Shown piece after piece: positions 10,959-19,101 of a stretch of 36,792 nt of DNA (positions within the stretch are counted from its first letter, which is position 1; the number at the start of each line of letters is the position of its first letter). Origin of the DNA: Acidobacteriota bacterium (GTDB lineage: Bacteria; Acidobacteriota; Thermoanaerobaculia; Multivoradales; UBA5704); NCBI GenBank assembly GCA_040005235.1, contig JBDTZG010000052.1:1-36792 (forward strand), in the 5' to 3' direction. A model generated the notes under the pieces. It searched no databases. It was not told where the DNA came from and was given only the letters and a program-made list of their open reading frames with translations. A program made the position numbers and the translations under genes.

Positions 10959-11459
10959 ATGAGTCTCGTAGATCCGATTTTGCAAGAGCTGGAGCGTGAG
11001 GCCGCCACCACCCGCCGCGTTCTAGAAGTTGTGCCCGAAGGACAGCTCGGCTGGAAGCCGCACGAGAAGTCGATGTCGCTCGGCACGCTCGCGCTGCACA
11101 TGGCGAACATCCCGGGGAACATCTCGCGCCTCGCCGACAGCGAAGGACTGGAAGGACCGCCGAATTTCGCGCCGGCCGAAGCCACCACCACAGCACAGAT
11201 CCTCGAAGCGCTCGATGCGAGCCTCGCCGACGCCCGCACAATTCTGGGTGCGATGGACGACGAGCGGGCGATGGGCATGTGGTCGATGTCGAGCAACGGC
11301 AAGACTCTCATGACCATGCCCCGCATCGCCATTCTGCGCAACATCCTGCTCAATCACTGGTATCACCACCGCGGCCAGATGACCGTCTACCTGCGCCTGC
11401 TTGGCGTTTCCCTCCCCTCGGTTTACGGCCCGTCGGCAGACGAGAATCCGTTCGGATAA
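10959..11459 (+). CDS. DinB/YfiT family protein
   Basis: ATG after AAGGAG; WKPHEKSMSLGTLALH and HWYHHRGQMTVYLRLLG...PSVYGPS motifs. Confidence 0.9.
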   Translation: MSLVDPILQELEREAATTRRVLEVVPEGQLGWKPHEKSMSLGTLALHMANIPGNISRLADSEGLEGPPNFAPAEATTTAQILEALDASLADARTILGAMDDERAMGMWSMSSNGKTLMTMPRIAILRNILLNHWYHHRGQMTVYLRLLGVSLPSVYGPSADENPFG

Positions 11460-11603
11460 GAAGAGAACCGCTTGATGCAGAATCCCGAGCACACCGACTG
11501 CGCCTGATGTCCGGCTTGATCCGGGGACGGGAGCGGCAGGAGTCGTAGGTGTTGGGAGGAGGGCTGCCGCTCCTACCGCCCCTCCGCCCGCAATGCCGCC
11601 CCC

Positions 11604-11709
11604 CCGAGCCTCCCACCACCCCCCGTTTCCTCACCGAGGAACAAGTCCGCCAGTTGATCGATCACCGACTGTTCGAAGCGTTCAGCCAGGTGATGCCGAA
11701 GAAACCAGC
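11604..11709 (+). pseudogene. Relic copy of the 3' end of the HTH gene at 15637-16311 (direct repeat of ~16202-16308)
   Basis: Encodes FLTEEQVRQLIDHRLFEAFSQVMPKKPA versus FLTEEEVRQLIDRRLFEAFSQVMPKKPA; nucleotide match visible by eye; no HTH domain or plausible start upstream. Confidence 0.85.
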
Positions 11710-11745
11710 CGGACCGACCGGCTCGGGCGTGCTGCCAGCTCGGGA

Positions 11746-11803
11746 CTAGTCCTGGAACGTGGAGACCGCGTCGTCGACGCCGATCGCGACCTCGCGAAAC
11801 TGC
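11746..11803 (-). pseudogene. Relic fragment of a TPR-like gene (paralogous to ~13507-13556)
   Basis: Minus strand encodes QFREVAIGVDDAVSTFQD* versus KFREVACGVDDAVSTFKA in the 13379-14692 protein. Confidence 0.75.
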
Positions 11804-11825
11804 GGCCAATGCCGCACCTCAGTGC

Positions 11826-12287
11826 CTACTCCGGGAGTTCCTCCGTGTCCAGGGTACAGGGATTGCCCGTTCCCGGGCCACAGTGCCCGCAATCCGACGA
11901 ATGGACGGGAATGCAGACAATTGGGGAGATATCGATAAAAACTGGAGCCGTGGCGTAGAACGCGTCGAAGGTCGCGCGATAGTACCGGCCCTCTTGGCTT
12001 GGGGCGCGAACGTATCCAACGTATTCGGTGATGCCGATCCAGGGTCCCCCGGCGATCCGAAAATTTCCGTCGTCGAGGAGGAAATGAGTCCCCTGGATGA
12101 CAGTGTTGAATGAGACCGTGCCGGAGGCTGTGAACAAAGTAACAACGCTGGAGGAATCGACGGCGCGGACCCGTTGGTTCGCGCCGACGGAACCTCGAAA
12201 GAACTCACCGAAAGCGAAAGCGGGGGTCAGTCCCCAAGCGAGGCAGCAGGCGATCAAAATCCAGGATCCCAACCAGGAGGCTTTCAT
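11826..12287 (-). CDS. Secreted hypothetical protein with a Cys-rich C-terminus
   Basis: GGAGG RBS and TAATG overlap with the upstream gene; signal peptide MKASWLGSWILIACCLAWGLTPAFA; C-terminus CIPVHSSDCGHCGPGTGNPC. Confidence 0.65.
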   Translation of the reverse strand: MKASWLGSWILIACCLAWGLTPAFAFGEFFRGSVGANQRVRAVDSSSVVTLFTASGTVSFNTVIQGTHFLLDDGNFRIAGGPWIGITEYVGYVRAPSQEGRYYRATFDAFYATAPVFIDISPIVCIPVHSSDCGHCGPGTGNPCTLDTEELPE

Positions 12288-12961
12288 TAGCATCCTCCTG
12301 CGAGGTAGCGAAGGTGGTCGGCGGAGACGTTGCTGTCGACGGAGGTACCATAGACGGAGACACTCAGCGTGCCGGGCGCAATGGCCTCGTAGAGGAAGCG
12401 ATCGAAGGCCTCCCTGCCGAAGGTCGCGCGCGCCGTCTCGAGGCTTTGGGCGTGTAACCGACAATCCTTTTTGCCGAACTCTTCGGCTTGGCGGTCGATT
12501 TCCGCCCGCCTCCCGGGATGCGCAGTCTGATACTCCTTCGCGAGCGCTCGCTGCGCCTTGATCGAATCCAGATAGGGCCGGGCGACTTGTTCGAGTCGCT
12601 GCCAGAAGTCGTTGTCGATCCGTATTCCGCCGGACTTGGACTGATATTCGTCGCGAAATCCCTGGCTGGCCTCGGGCAAGGGAGAGAAGGCCCGCATGAG
12701 GAGGTCTTGATAGAGCTCAATGGGTAGGAAGAGTTCGGGATTCTTGTCGCCTTGTACGACGTCGCGGCCTGCGGCATCTAAGGCGCCTTCCGTCTCCGCG
12801 ACGTAGGCGTTTTCGCGGGAGCGCATGGAAGAAGGGTCATAGCGTTTGGAGATTCGCTCCTCATCGGTCCACTTCCATGGCGGCCTCGGAGAATCCTGGC
12901 CGCGGGCTGCCGCAGCGAGCAACAGACCCGTTATGAGCAAAGCTGATGAAATCATGCGCAT
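12287..12961 (-). CDS. Secreted hypothetical helical protein
   Basis: AAGGAG RBS before ATG 12961; signal peptide MRMISSALLITGLLLAAAARG; motif-like VVQGDKNPELFLPIELY; ends LRYLAGGC. Confidence 0.75.
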   Translation of the reverse strand: MRMISSALLITGLLLAAAARGQDSPRPPWKWTDEERISKRYDPSSMRSRENAYVAETEGALDAAGRDVVQGDKNPELFLPIELYQDLLMRAFSPLPEASQGFRDEYQSKSGGIRIDNDFWQRLEQVARPYLDSIKAQRALAKEYQTAHPGRRAEIDRQAEEFGKKDCRLHAQSLETARATFGREAFDRFLYEAIAPGTLSVSVYGTSVDSNVSADHLRYLAGGC

Positions 12962-13378
12962 GAAGCGATCTCCTTTTTCAGGGTTCAGGACCGATGGATC
13001 AAGCGACACGAGGGCTGAGAAAAGCTGTTTGATCTTCATACGCATCAAGGTCCTCCTTCGTTGCTGGCGCCGACGAGACGGCAGGCATTTGTAAAGTCGC
13101 CATTTTGTGCACACGACTGTGGCTTGAACCCGCCGCGGGAACCAGCTGTGGTGCGACTCTGAGGAATACTTGGTCAGATTGATCTTTATCTGGCGTCATG
13201 GTGACGCCACTTTGCCCGAGCGAGAAAGCGAAGTCAAGAGGAATCTATCGGGCCTTGAGAATTCTTTGCCGACGTGCCAAAAAGAAAGGGCAGCGGTGCG
13301 CCCTGGGAGGGTACTGGCCGTCGCCAAGACCACACGGGCGGGGCAAGACCGCCGTCCGTGTGGTGAGATTTTCCTTCC

Positions 13379-14692
13379 CTACCGCCCCTCCGCCCGCAAC
13401 GCCGCCCCCGCCGCCTGGACCATCGCGACAGTCGCCTGTTCGCCCCGCGCAGCTTCTTGAAGCAGCAGCAAACCGGCGAGCGCCTCGCGGCGGATCTTCA
13501 GGGCCTTGAAGGTAGAGACCGCGTCGTCGACACCGCAAGCGACTTCGCGGAACTTGCCGCGACGAATCCAGATCGCGCAGAGGTCGAGGGTGACCAGGCT
13601 GGCTTGAAAGAAAAGGCTGCGATCTTCGAATCCGGTCCTGACGGCGCGCAGGTAGGCATCGGCACAGGGAAGGTTGCCGAGGCCGGCTTCGATCTGCGCC
13701 TCCACCCATTGGCGACGGAGAAGATCCGTCTCGTCGCCCCATTCCTTATAAAGGGGCTCGCAGCGATCCAGCCAGGCGCGAGCGGTTTCGAAATGGCCGA
13801 GTCGGGTGGTGCAGAATAATGTGTTGTGGAAGGCTGCGAGCGCGAGGTCAGGATCACGAGCGAGGTCCAGAAGCTCGAGGCTGCGCAGGAAGAAGCCCAA
13901 TGCAGCGAAGTTATCTTGGCGGTGCTCGGCGATCAAACCGCGTTCCAAACAAATACGGCCCGCGATGTGATGTTCGCCGTGTTGTTCCCGAAATCCCTGC
14001 AGATAGGCGAGTAGGTCTTCGGCCTCTGCGAGTCGGCGCGATGCCATTAGAAATTGTGCCGCCCCTTCGGCCGAGTCGAGGAGCGGCATCAGCTCGGTCG
14101 CCGCCGCCACAGCCCCGTGGAATGCCCCCTCGGCACTGGCGAAATCGCCAGTCAGGCGCCGGGCGTTCGCCAACTCGGTCCAAGTTTCGCTTCGGAGGTT
14201 GTCAACGACCCCTTCGGGATGCATCTCCGGTTTCAGCGAACCGGCGAAGCTGACAGAGAGCACCGCCGCAAACAGGCAATATTCGGGGTCCTCACGGCGC
14301 TCCCCCCGTGCTTCGCCGAGCCAAGCCTTGGCGCGAGCGAACAGAAGCATCTGGGTGGGAGGAGGAAGTTCGTCCAGGTGGACCAGACCTTCCACTTCAT
14401 CCTCCGCCTGCTCTCTCGCCTCGGCCAGCTCGACGCCGATGGCGAGCGACTTCTTTATCGCGCCACGCAGGCGGAAGTCCTGAATATTGCCCAGGGCCAC
14501 TGCCCGCTCGTCGTCATTGGCCACGGGAAGATCCACGATCGCTGAAGGCCAGGGGAGCTTTCCCGCCAGCTCGCAGCAGTCTGGACATCTCTGGGCCAGA
14601 TGCTTGACGACCTCAAGAAGCCGACCGCCTTCAAGCTGCTGCGCCCAGAGATCCGTGATCTCGGCAGGAATCAAGTGCGGGGTGTCCGACAT
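13379..14692 (-). CDS. TPR-like helical repeat protein with N-terminal HxxxxCxxC motif (paralog A)
   Basis: GGAGG RBS; KHLAQRCPDC; TPR-like helices (ELANARRLTGDFASAEGAF, RLGHFETARAWL); C-terminal ASLVTLDL...IRREALAGLLLL shared with the 21462-22793 protein. Confidence 0.85.
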   Translation of the reverse strand: MSDTPHLIPAEITDLWAQQLEGGRLLEVVKHLAQRCPDCCELAGKLPWPSAIVDLPVANDDERAVALGNIQDFRLRGAIKKSLAIGVELAEAREQAEDEVEGLVHLDELPPPTQMLLFARAKAWLGEARGERREDPEYCLFAAVLSVSFAGSLKPEMHPEGVVDNLRSETWTELANARRLTGDFASAEGAFHGAVAAATELMPLLDSAEGAAQFLMASRRLAEAEDLLAYLQGFREQHGEHHIAGRICLERGLIAEHRQDNFAALGFFLRSLELLDLARDPDLALAAFHNTLFCTTRLGHFETARAWLDRCEPLYKEWGDETDLLRRQWVEAQIEAGLGNLPCADAYLRAVRTGFEDRSLFFQASLVTLDLCAIWIRRGKFREVACGVDDAVSTFKALKIRREALAGLLLLQEAARGEQATVAMVQAAGAALRAEGR

Positions 14693-14945
14693 GTCGCCTC
14701 CCAGAGAGTGCGCGCGACCGCTTCGCATTCCATTGTCTCAAGTTCGAGAGAGAATTGTCGCACGAAAGCCCAGCCACGGAAACCCCGAATCTGCCGACAT
14801 CTACGGATCGAAATGTAGAGACGCCCCAGTCCTAAACCACGAACGAACCGGGTCCACCATCGTCGGGGCGTCTCCTCTTCGCGCCGCCACGAACCCACTG
14901 GATTCAAAGCCGACGGGAAGCATTTAGTTAGGCGGCAGGCGTCGG

Positions 14946-15269
14946 CTACTGTAGGCCCCACGGACTGATCTGGCTGCCCTCGGCGTGCGGTAAGGGACTG
15001 ACCAGTCCCCAGGGATTGATGCCGGCGCCCTCCTCGGCCCAAACCTGCCGCAGCGCACCCGGGGGGGCGGTCCCATCGACCGTGGGCGCAGGCTTTCCCC
15101 ACGGACTAATCTCAGACCCCGTCTCGCCCCAGAGGTGGTTGATCCAATCAAACGGCGAAAAACGATCGAAAAAGCTCCAACCTGCAGTCGACGCAGCGGC
15201 GGCGGGCGTTGCGCTGAAGAGGAGGGCGGCGAGGGTAGCTATGGCGAGCAGGCGGTATGAACGTGGCAT
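14946..15269 (-). CDS. Small secreted pre-pro-peptide with three repeated cores (ETGSEISPWG, EEGAGINPWG, AEGSQISPWG)
   Basis: AAGGAG RBS; Sec signal MPRSYRLLAIATLAALLFSATPAAA; Trp-rich amphipathic segment; three GxxI[SN]PWG repeats at about 15096-15125, 15006-15035 and 14955-14984. Confidence 0.85.
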   Translation of the reverse strand: MPRSYRLLAIATLAALLFSATPAAAASTAGWSFFDRFSPFDWINHLWGETGSEISPWGKPAPTVDGTAPPGALRQVWAEEGAGINPWGLVSPLPHAEGSQISPWGLQ

Positions 15270-15600
15270 GCGAAGCTCCTTCCCATCCGCGGTGCGCACC
15301 GGCGGCCGGAATGGCCCCCGCGCCCGCGGGGGCAACGCGTTTGCGTTGCTTCTACTGGCGCGAGAGCATGGCAAACTTTTGAGGTTCGTGAACGTTTCGC
15401 CGAAATATTTTTATCCGCGATCCATTCGACGAAACTCCAGGATTCTCCAGGCTGGATCAGCGTAGAAAGAACGCCGCTTTGAAAGCAAATTTGTGGCATC
15501 TGGCGCCTAAATTTACCAATCGGATGAACAGAAAAGCTTGCCTTTCCCGCGCCGCCGCCGCCTACATGTGCATACCGTGCACGGGAAGGCGCCGCACGCC

Positions 15601-15630
15601 TTGACACATCGCGGCTTCCCGCTCGACAAT
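15601..15630 (+). promoter_or_regulatory. Sigma70-like promoter, probably driving a leaderless transcript
   Basis: TTGACA (15601-15606), 18 nt spacer, GACAAT (15625-15630); ATG 6 nt later; no Shine-Dalgarno sequence. Confidence 0.55.
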
Positions 15631-15636
15631 CGCGGC

Positions 15637-16311
15637 ATGGCTCCGGCAAAAAAGACGCCCCCTTCCTCCTCGCCCCCCCATGGGGAAGCGCCCGGCGAGT
15701 CGCTACTTCCCTCTACGGATAGCGCCGGAACCGCAGAGGCAGAAGCGATCGGAGGTCCGGCGAAGCGCAAGCGGGCTCGCCGGAAAGCCGCGGCCGAAGC
15801 GCAAATCGAAGCGCAAGCCGAGGCGCCGGTCCGTCGCGGCCGGCCGCGCAAAGGGGAGGAGAAGCGCCAAGAAGTCGCTCGACCGGACGAGATGCAGCGC
15901 GCCATCACCTTGCTCGACCAGCTGGTGGAGGCGTTCGGCGGCTCGCGGCGCCATGTCGACAAGCTGCTCGGCACCGGCCGCAGCCGGACCAGCCAAGTGC
16001 TATCCGGGCGCTTGGAGCTCAAGTTCCAGCACATCCTGGACGTGCTCGAAGTGTTGGGCATCGAGACCCGGGCGTTCTTCGAAGTGCTGTACGGCGAAGA
16101 AGAGCACACTCCCTTCCCCGCTCCGCTCGCCGTGGTCTATCGCCAGAAGCTCCGAGCCATGGGCGCACCGGCGGAGATCGCTGCACTCGGACCGAAGGCG
16201 TCCGAGCCAACCGCCCTCCCCCACTTCCTCACCGAGGAAGAAGTCCGCCAGTTGATCGACCGTCGCCTGTTCGAAGCGTTCAGCCAGGTGATGCCGAAGA
16301 AGCCCGCGTAA
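15637..16311 (+). CDS. XRE-like HTH regulator with a disordered N-terminus and an AT-hook
   Basis: RRGRPRK AT-hook, then an HTH-like segment SRRHVDKLLGTGRSRTSQVLSGRLELKFQHILDVLEVLGI. Confidence 0.75.
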   Translation: MAPAKKTPPSSSPPHGEAPGESLLPSTDSAGTAEAEAIGGPAKRKRARRKAAAEAQIEAQAEAPVRRGRPRKGEEKRQEVARPDEMQRAITLLDQLVEAFGGSRRHVDKLLGTGRSRTSQVLSGRLELKFQHILDVLEVLGIETRAFFEVLYGEEEHTPFPAPLAVVYRQKLRAMGAPAEIAALGPKASEPTALPHFLTEEEVRQLIDRRLFEAFSQVMPKKPA

Positions 16312-16401
16312 GTACCGACCGTAAAGCCCTCTCAAGTCCCCGGTGCCCCACCGGGTCGTCTTCTCTTTTCCGGCTCATTCAGGAGATTGCGTCTCCAGTC
16401 C

Positions 16402-16430
16402 TTGACATCTTCGGCGTCGTTGAGCATTAT
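16402..16430 (+). promoter_or_regulatory. Sigma70-like promoter, probably leaderless or near-leaderless
   Basis: TTGACA (16402-16407), 17 nt spacer, CATTAT (16425-16430); ATG at 16439; no Shine-Dalgarno sequence. Confidence 0.55.
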
Positions 16431-16438
16431 TTGGCGCC

Positions 16439-16744
16439 ATGACCAATAAACAAAGCGTAGATCGCCACGCTTCGCCACCGCGCCTGGCGCCCGCCGTCTG
16501 GTCGCGCCGTTCGGTCGGGCGCCGCCTGGCTCGGCTTCGACGCAGCCGAAAGTGGACTCAAGAGCGGGTCGCCGCCGCCGTCGGCGTCGATCGGGGCACG
16601 ATCAGCCGCTGGGAGCGGGGCGTCATCCTGCCGAGCGTCGATCGGCTTGGCCAACTCTCACGCCTGTTCGAGATCCCATTCGCGGACCTCTTTGCGGTGG
16701 CGCCAAAGAAATCGCACTCTGATCCCTCCGAGGAAACGAAGTGA
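16439..16744 (+). CDS. XRE family HTH transcriptional regulator
   Basis: GRRLARLRRSRKWTQERVAAAVGVDRGTISRWERGVILPSVDRLGQLSRLFEI is a canonical HTH_3 domain. Confidence 0.92.
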   Translation: MTNKQSVDRHASPPRLAPAVWSRRSVGRRLARLRRSRKWTQERVAAAVGVDRGTISRWERGVILPSVDRLGQLSRLFEIPFADLFAVAPKKSHSDPSEETK

Positions 16745-18063
16745 CCTGCCCGCCGCGACGCGAGCTGGAGCGGGCGATCGCAGATCTGCCGGCGGTCGAT
16801 CGGGCCGGGTTGCTCTACGTTCTGACCTGCCGCTCTTGCCGCGCCATCGCGCGTTGACGGCTCGCAGACGAGGAAGCGAACCGCCACCCCCGACACCGCC
16901 GGGCGGACGGTACCGAACCCCGCTACGACCGCGCGTTCTCCTTGCTCCCGATCGAAATCGTCGACCGACTGGCGATCGAGGGCGCTTCGGCCGCGCTGTT
17001 CGACCTGCTCTCCCTCCCTTCGTCCGAGCGCTGGCGGCGGCTGGAGGCGGGCGAAATACCGTCCAATCCCCCCCTCGCCGAAGCGCTGATGGCGCTCGCC
17101 GAGCAAAGTCACGCCGAACCGGCCGAGATCGTCGACCTGTCGAGCCTTGGTTTACGCCTTGCCCACCAGGCGGTGGAAAAGGATGGGCGCCGGCCGATCG
17201 AAGGATTAGAAAGCCGCTATTGGATCGTCCAAGCTCGCATCGACCGCCTGCTGGGAGCTCCTGACCAGGCGCTCGAGATTCTCAGCCTCGCCGCCGGCCT
17301 TCTGCCGGAATCGGTGGCCGCCCCGGAGCGCGCCGCGTATTGCCGCGAGGCGGCCCGCTGTTTCGAGCAACTCGGGCGGTTTGACGAGGCACTGGCGCTG
17401 TACGACCGAGCCGCCGAGGTGCTCCGGCCGTTCGGCCAAACGGTGGAAATCGCCAATCATTTGCTCCACTCGGGGAGGCTTGCCGCCGCACAAGGCGATC
17501 CGCACCTGGCCCTCCTCCGCCTCGCCGAGGCAGACAGAGAGTTCGGCAACGCGGTCGAGCCCTCCACGTCCGCCGCCCTTTGGCTAGGCCTTGCCGCCGC
17601 CTACGACGGCCTCGCTGAACCGCTTCGTGCCCATTGGGCTCTCGAACGTGCGCGCCGCCGGATCGCAGCCGTCGAGAACCCCCGTCTTCGCCTGCCGCTA
17701 CTCGCTGAGCTCGGGCGAGCGCTCGCCGCGGTGGGTCGCTTCGACGAAGCGTTGGCACACCTCGCCGAGGTGCGCAAAGCGGCAACCGATGGCCCGCCCT
17801 GGGAGGTTCTGCTCGCGAATCTCGACGAAGTGGGGGCAATGCTCGCCGCCGGGTTTGCTCTCGCACCACCCGAGCGACTGGCAGAAATGAAAACCGCGAT
17901 CGGCCGGCTGGACCTTCATGGCGACCTTCGCGCCGCTCTCGATACCGGGATCGCCGAGCTGGAATCGGGACAAGCGGGGTCACCCGGGATTCGGGCGCTC
18001 ACCCGCCACCTCCGCCACGCCCGTTGGAATCCCCTCTTGCCGTTCCGCCCGGAGGCCGGCTGA
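16741..18063 (+). pseudogene. TPR-like protein with N-terminal CxxC (paralog B), interrupted by an in-frame TGA at 16855-16857
   Basis: GTG at 16741 overlaps the XRE stop (GTGA): MTCPPRRELER...LYVLTCRSCRAIAR*RLADEE...RYDRAFSLLPIEIV, continuing in frame into the 16942-18063 TPR ORF (QLGRFDEALALYDRAAE, AVGRFDEALAHLAE). Confidence 0.75.
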
Positions 18064-18088
18064 TGTTGGCTTTCCAAACTCCAGGAAC

Positions 18089-18530
18089 CGTTCCCGAGCT
18101 TCCCACAAGCCGTTGTACGTCCGGGAACGGCGTTTTATCCGAGAAAATGATTCCTGAGGCTCCAGGATCATTTTTTAACTCCCAGAATCGTTTTTTAACT
18201 CCGGGAATCATATTCCCGAGTCGGATTTTGATTCTGGAAGTTAAAAAACGATTCTGGAGCCTCGGGAATCAAATTTTAAGCTGGAGATCCGATTCTCGAA
18301 GCTCGGGAATCATTCTTTACCGTTCGTTTCGATTCCTGGAGTTAAAAAATGATTTTCCTGGCTCCAGAATCATTCTCGGGGGTAAATTTCGATTCTCGGA
18401 GCTCAAAAACGATTCCCCGGCCTCGCGTAGGTTTCCCGACCGTAAATTTGGATTTCCCCAGCTAAAAAACGAATCTCGTGCTTCGCCGAACGTTCTCCAA
18501 GCTCCACGGGCGTTCTCCAGTTCCGTTTCT
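18089..18530. repeat. Degenerate ~20-bp periodic quasi-palindromic tandem array with A/T tracts
   Basis: GATTC/CATTC/CGTTC-like motifs at 18149, 18169, 18189, 18209, 18230, 18250, 18291, 18311, 18331 ... 18511; 60-bp higher-order repeats starting at 18301, 18361 and 18421; inverted match between 18148-18180 and 18239-18271. Confidence 0.85.
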
Positions 18531-18611
18531 CTCCTCCTGCCTTCGGTATTGCCATGAGTTGTCCGTCCGTCGGCCTCCTGCCGACGGCGTTTTTCGCCGT
18601 GGAGGAACAAG

Positions 18612-19019
18612 ATGCGCCAAAAGACGTTTGCCAATCTCGCCAGCGAATGGGGCACCCTGCTGGTGAACTCGCTCGAAGACCTTACCGTGCTGCCGCACGC
18701 CAAGAGGCCCCACGACGAGTTGGAAGAGCAGCAGGTTCGCCTGGTTGCCCTGAATGAGCAGATCGAAGCCCAACGAGCCACTTTACAGACGGTGGTCAAA
18801 GAACGCCAGACCCTGGTCCAAGCGGCGAACCGGCCGAGAAAGGCCCTCGAACGAATGCTCGAAGCGGAGTACGGCGACGACAACCAGCGGCTCGTCCGCT
18901 ACGGCTTGTCGCCCCGCGCGCCGCGGAAGCGGAAGACCAAGAAAGAAATCCAAGAGGAGCTGTTGCTGGAAATCCAGAAGGAAAACGGCAAGCCCGGCGA
19001 AAAAACCGACACTCCCTAA
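18612..19019 (+). CDS. Hypothetical coiled-coil protein with a basic C-terminal tail
   Basis: GGAGG RBS; heptad-rich helices, then YGDDNQRLVRYGLSPRAPRKRKTKK. Confidence 0.8.
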   Translation: MRQKTFANLASEWGTLLVNSLEDLTVLPHAKRPHDELEEQQVRLVALNEQIEAQRATLQTVVKERQTLVQAANRPRKALERMLEAEYGDDNQRLVRYGLSPRAPRKRKTKKEIQEELLLEIQKENGKPGEKTDTP

Positions 19020-19101
19020 AACGCGTTGACTCCCTGAATTTTCAATCCATGGGTCGGGCCGGTCGCCCGGCCCCTTTCGATCCCTCCACCGGGAGCTGCC
19101 C

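Noticed and set aside
11549-11749. 66-aa standalone gene
   Set aside because: No RBS and a low-complexity start; only the 3' part is meaningful, as a relic of the HTH gene.
14801-14923. Short minus-strand ORF (MLPVGFESS...LHFDP) between the peptide and TPR genes
   Set aside because: Only 40 codons, no signal peptide or core motif, and weak translation signals.
14946-15269. Classical RiPP (lasso, graspetide, lanthipeptide or radical SAM) precursor
   Set aside because: It has a Sec signal peptide rather than a RiPP leader, and no maturase or peptidase-transporter is encoded nearby. Modification in trans cannot be excluded.
16855-16857. Selenocysteine codon
   Set aside because: The TGA is not at a Cys position of the CxxC motif, and I see no convincing bacterial SECIS hairpin just downstream. 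A nonsense mutation is simpler.
18089-18530. CRISPR array, or the coding ORFs 18024-18557 (+) and 18317-18883 (-)
   Set aside because: No invariant repeat with unique spacers and no cas genes. The base period of 20 bp is not a codon multiple, and the ORFs lack an RBS and overlap real genes.
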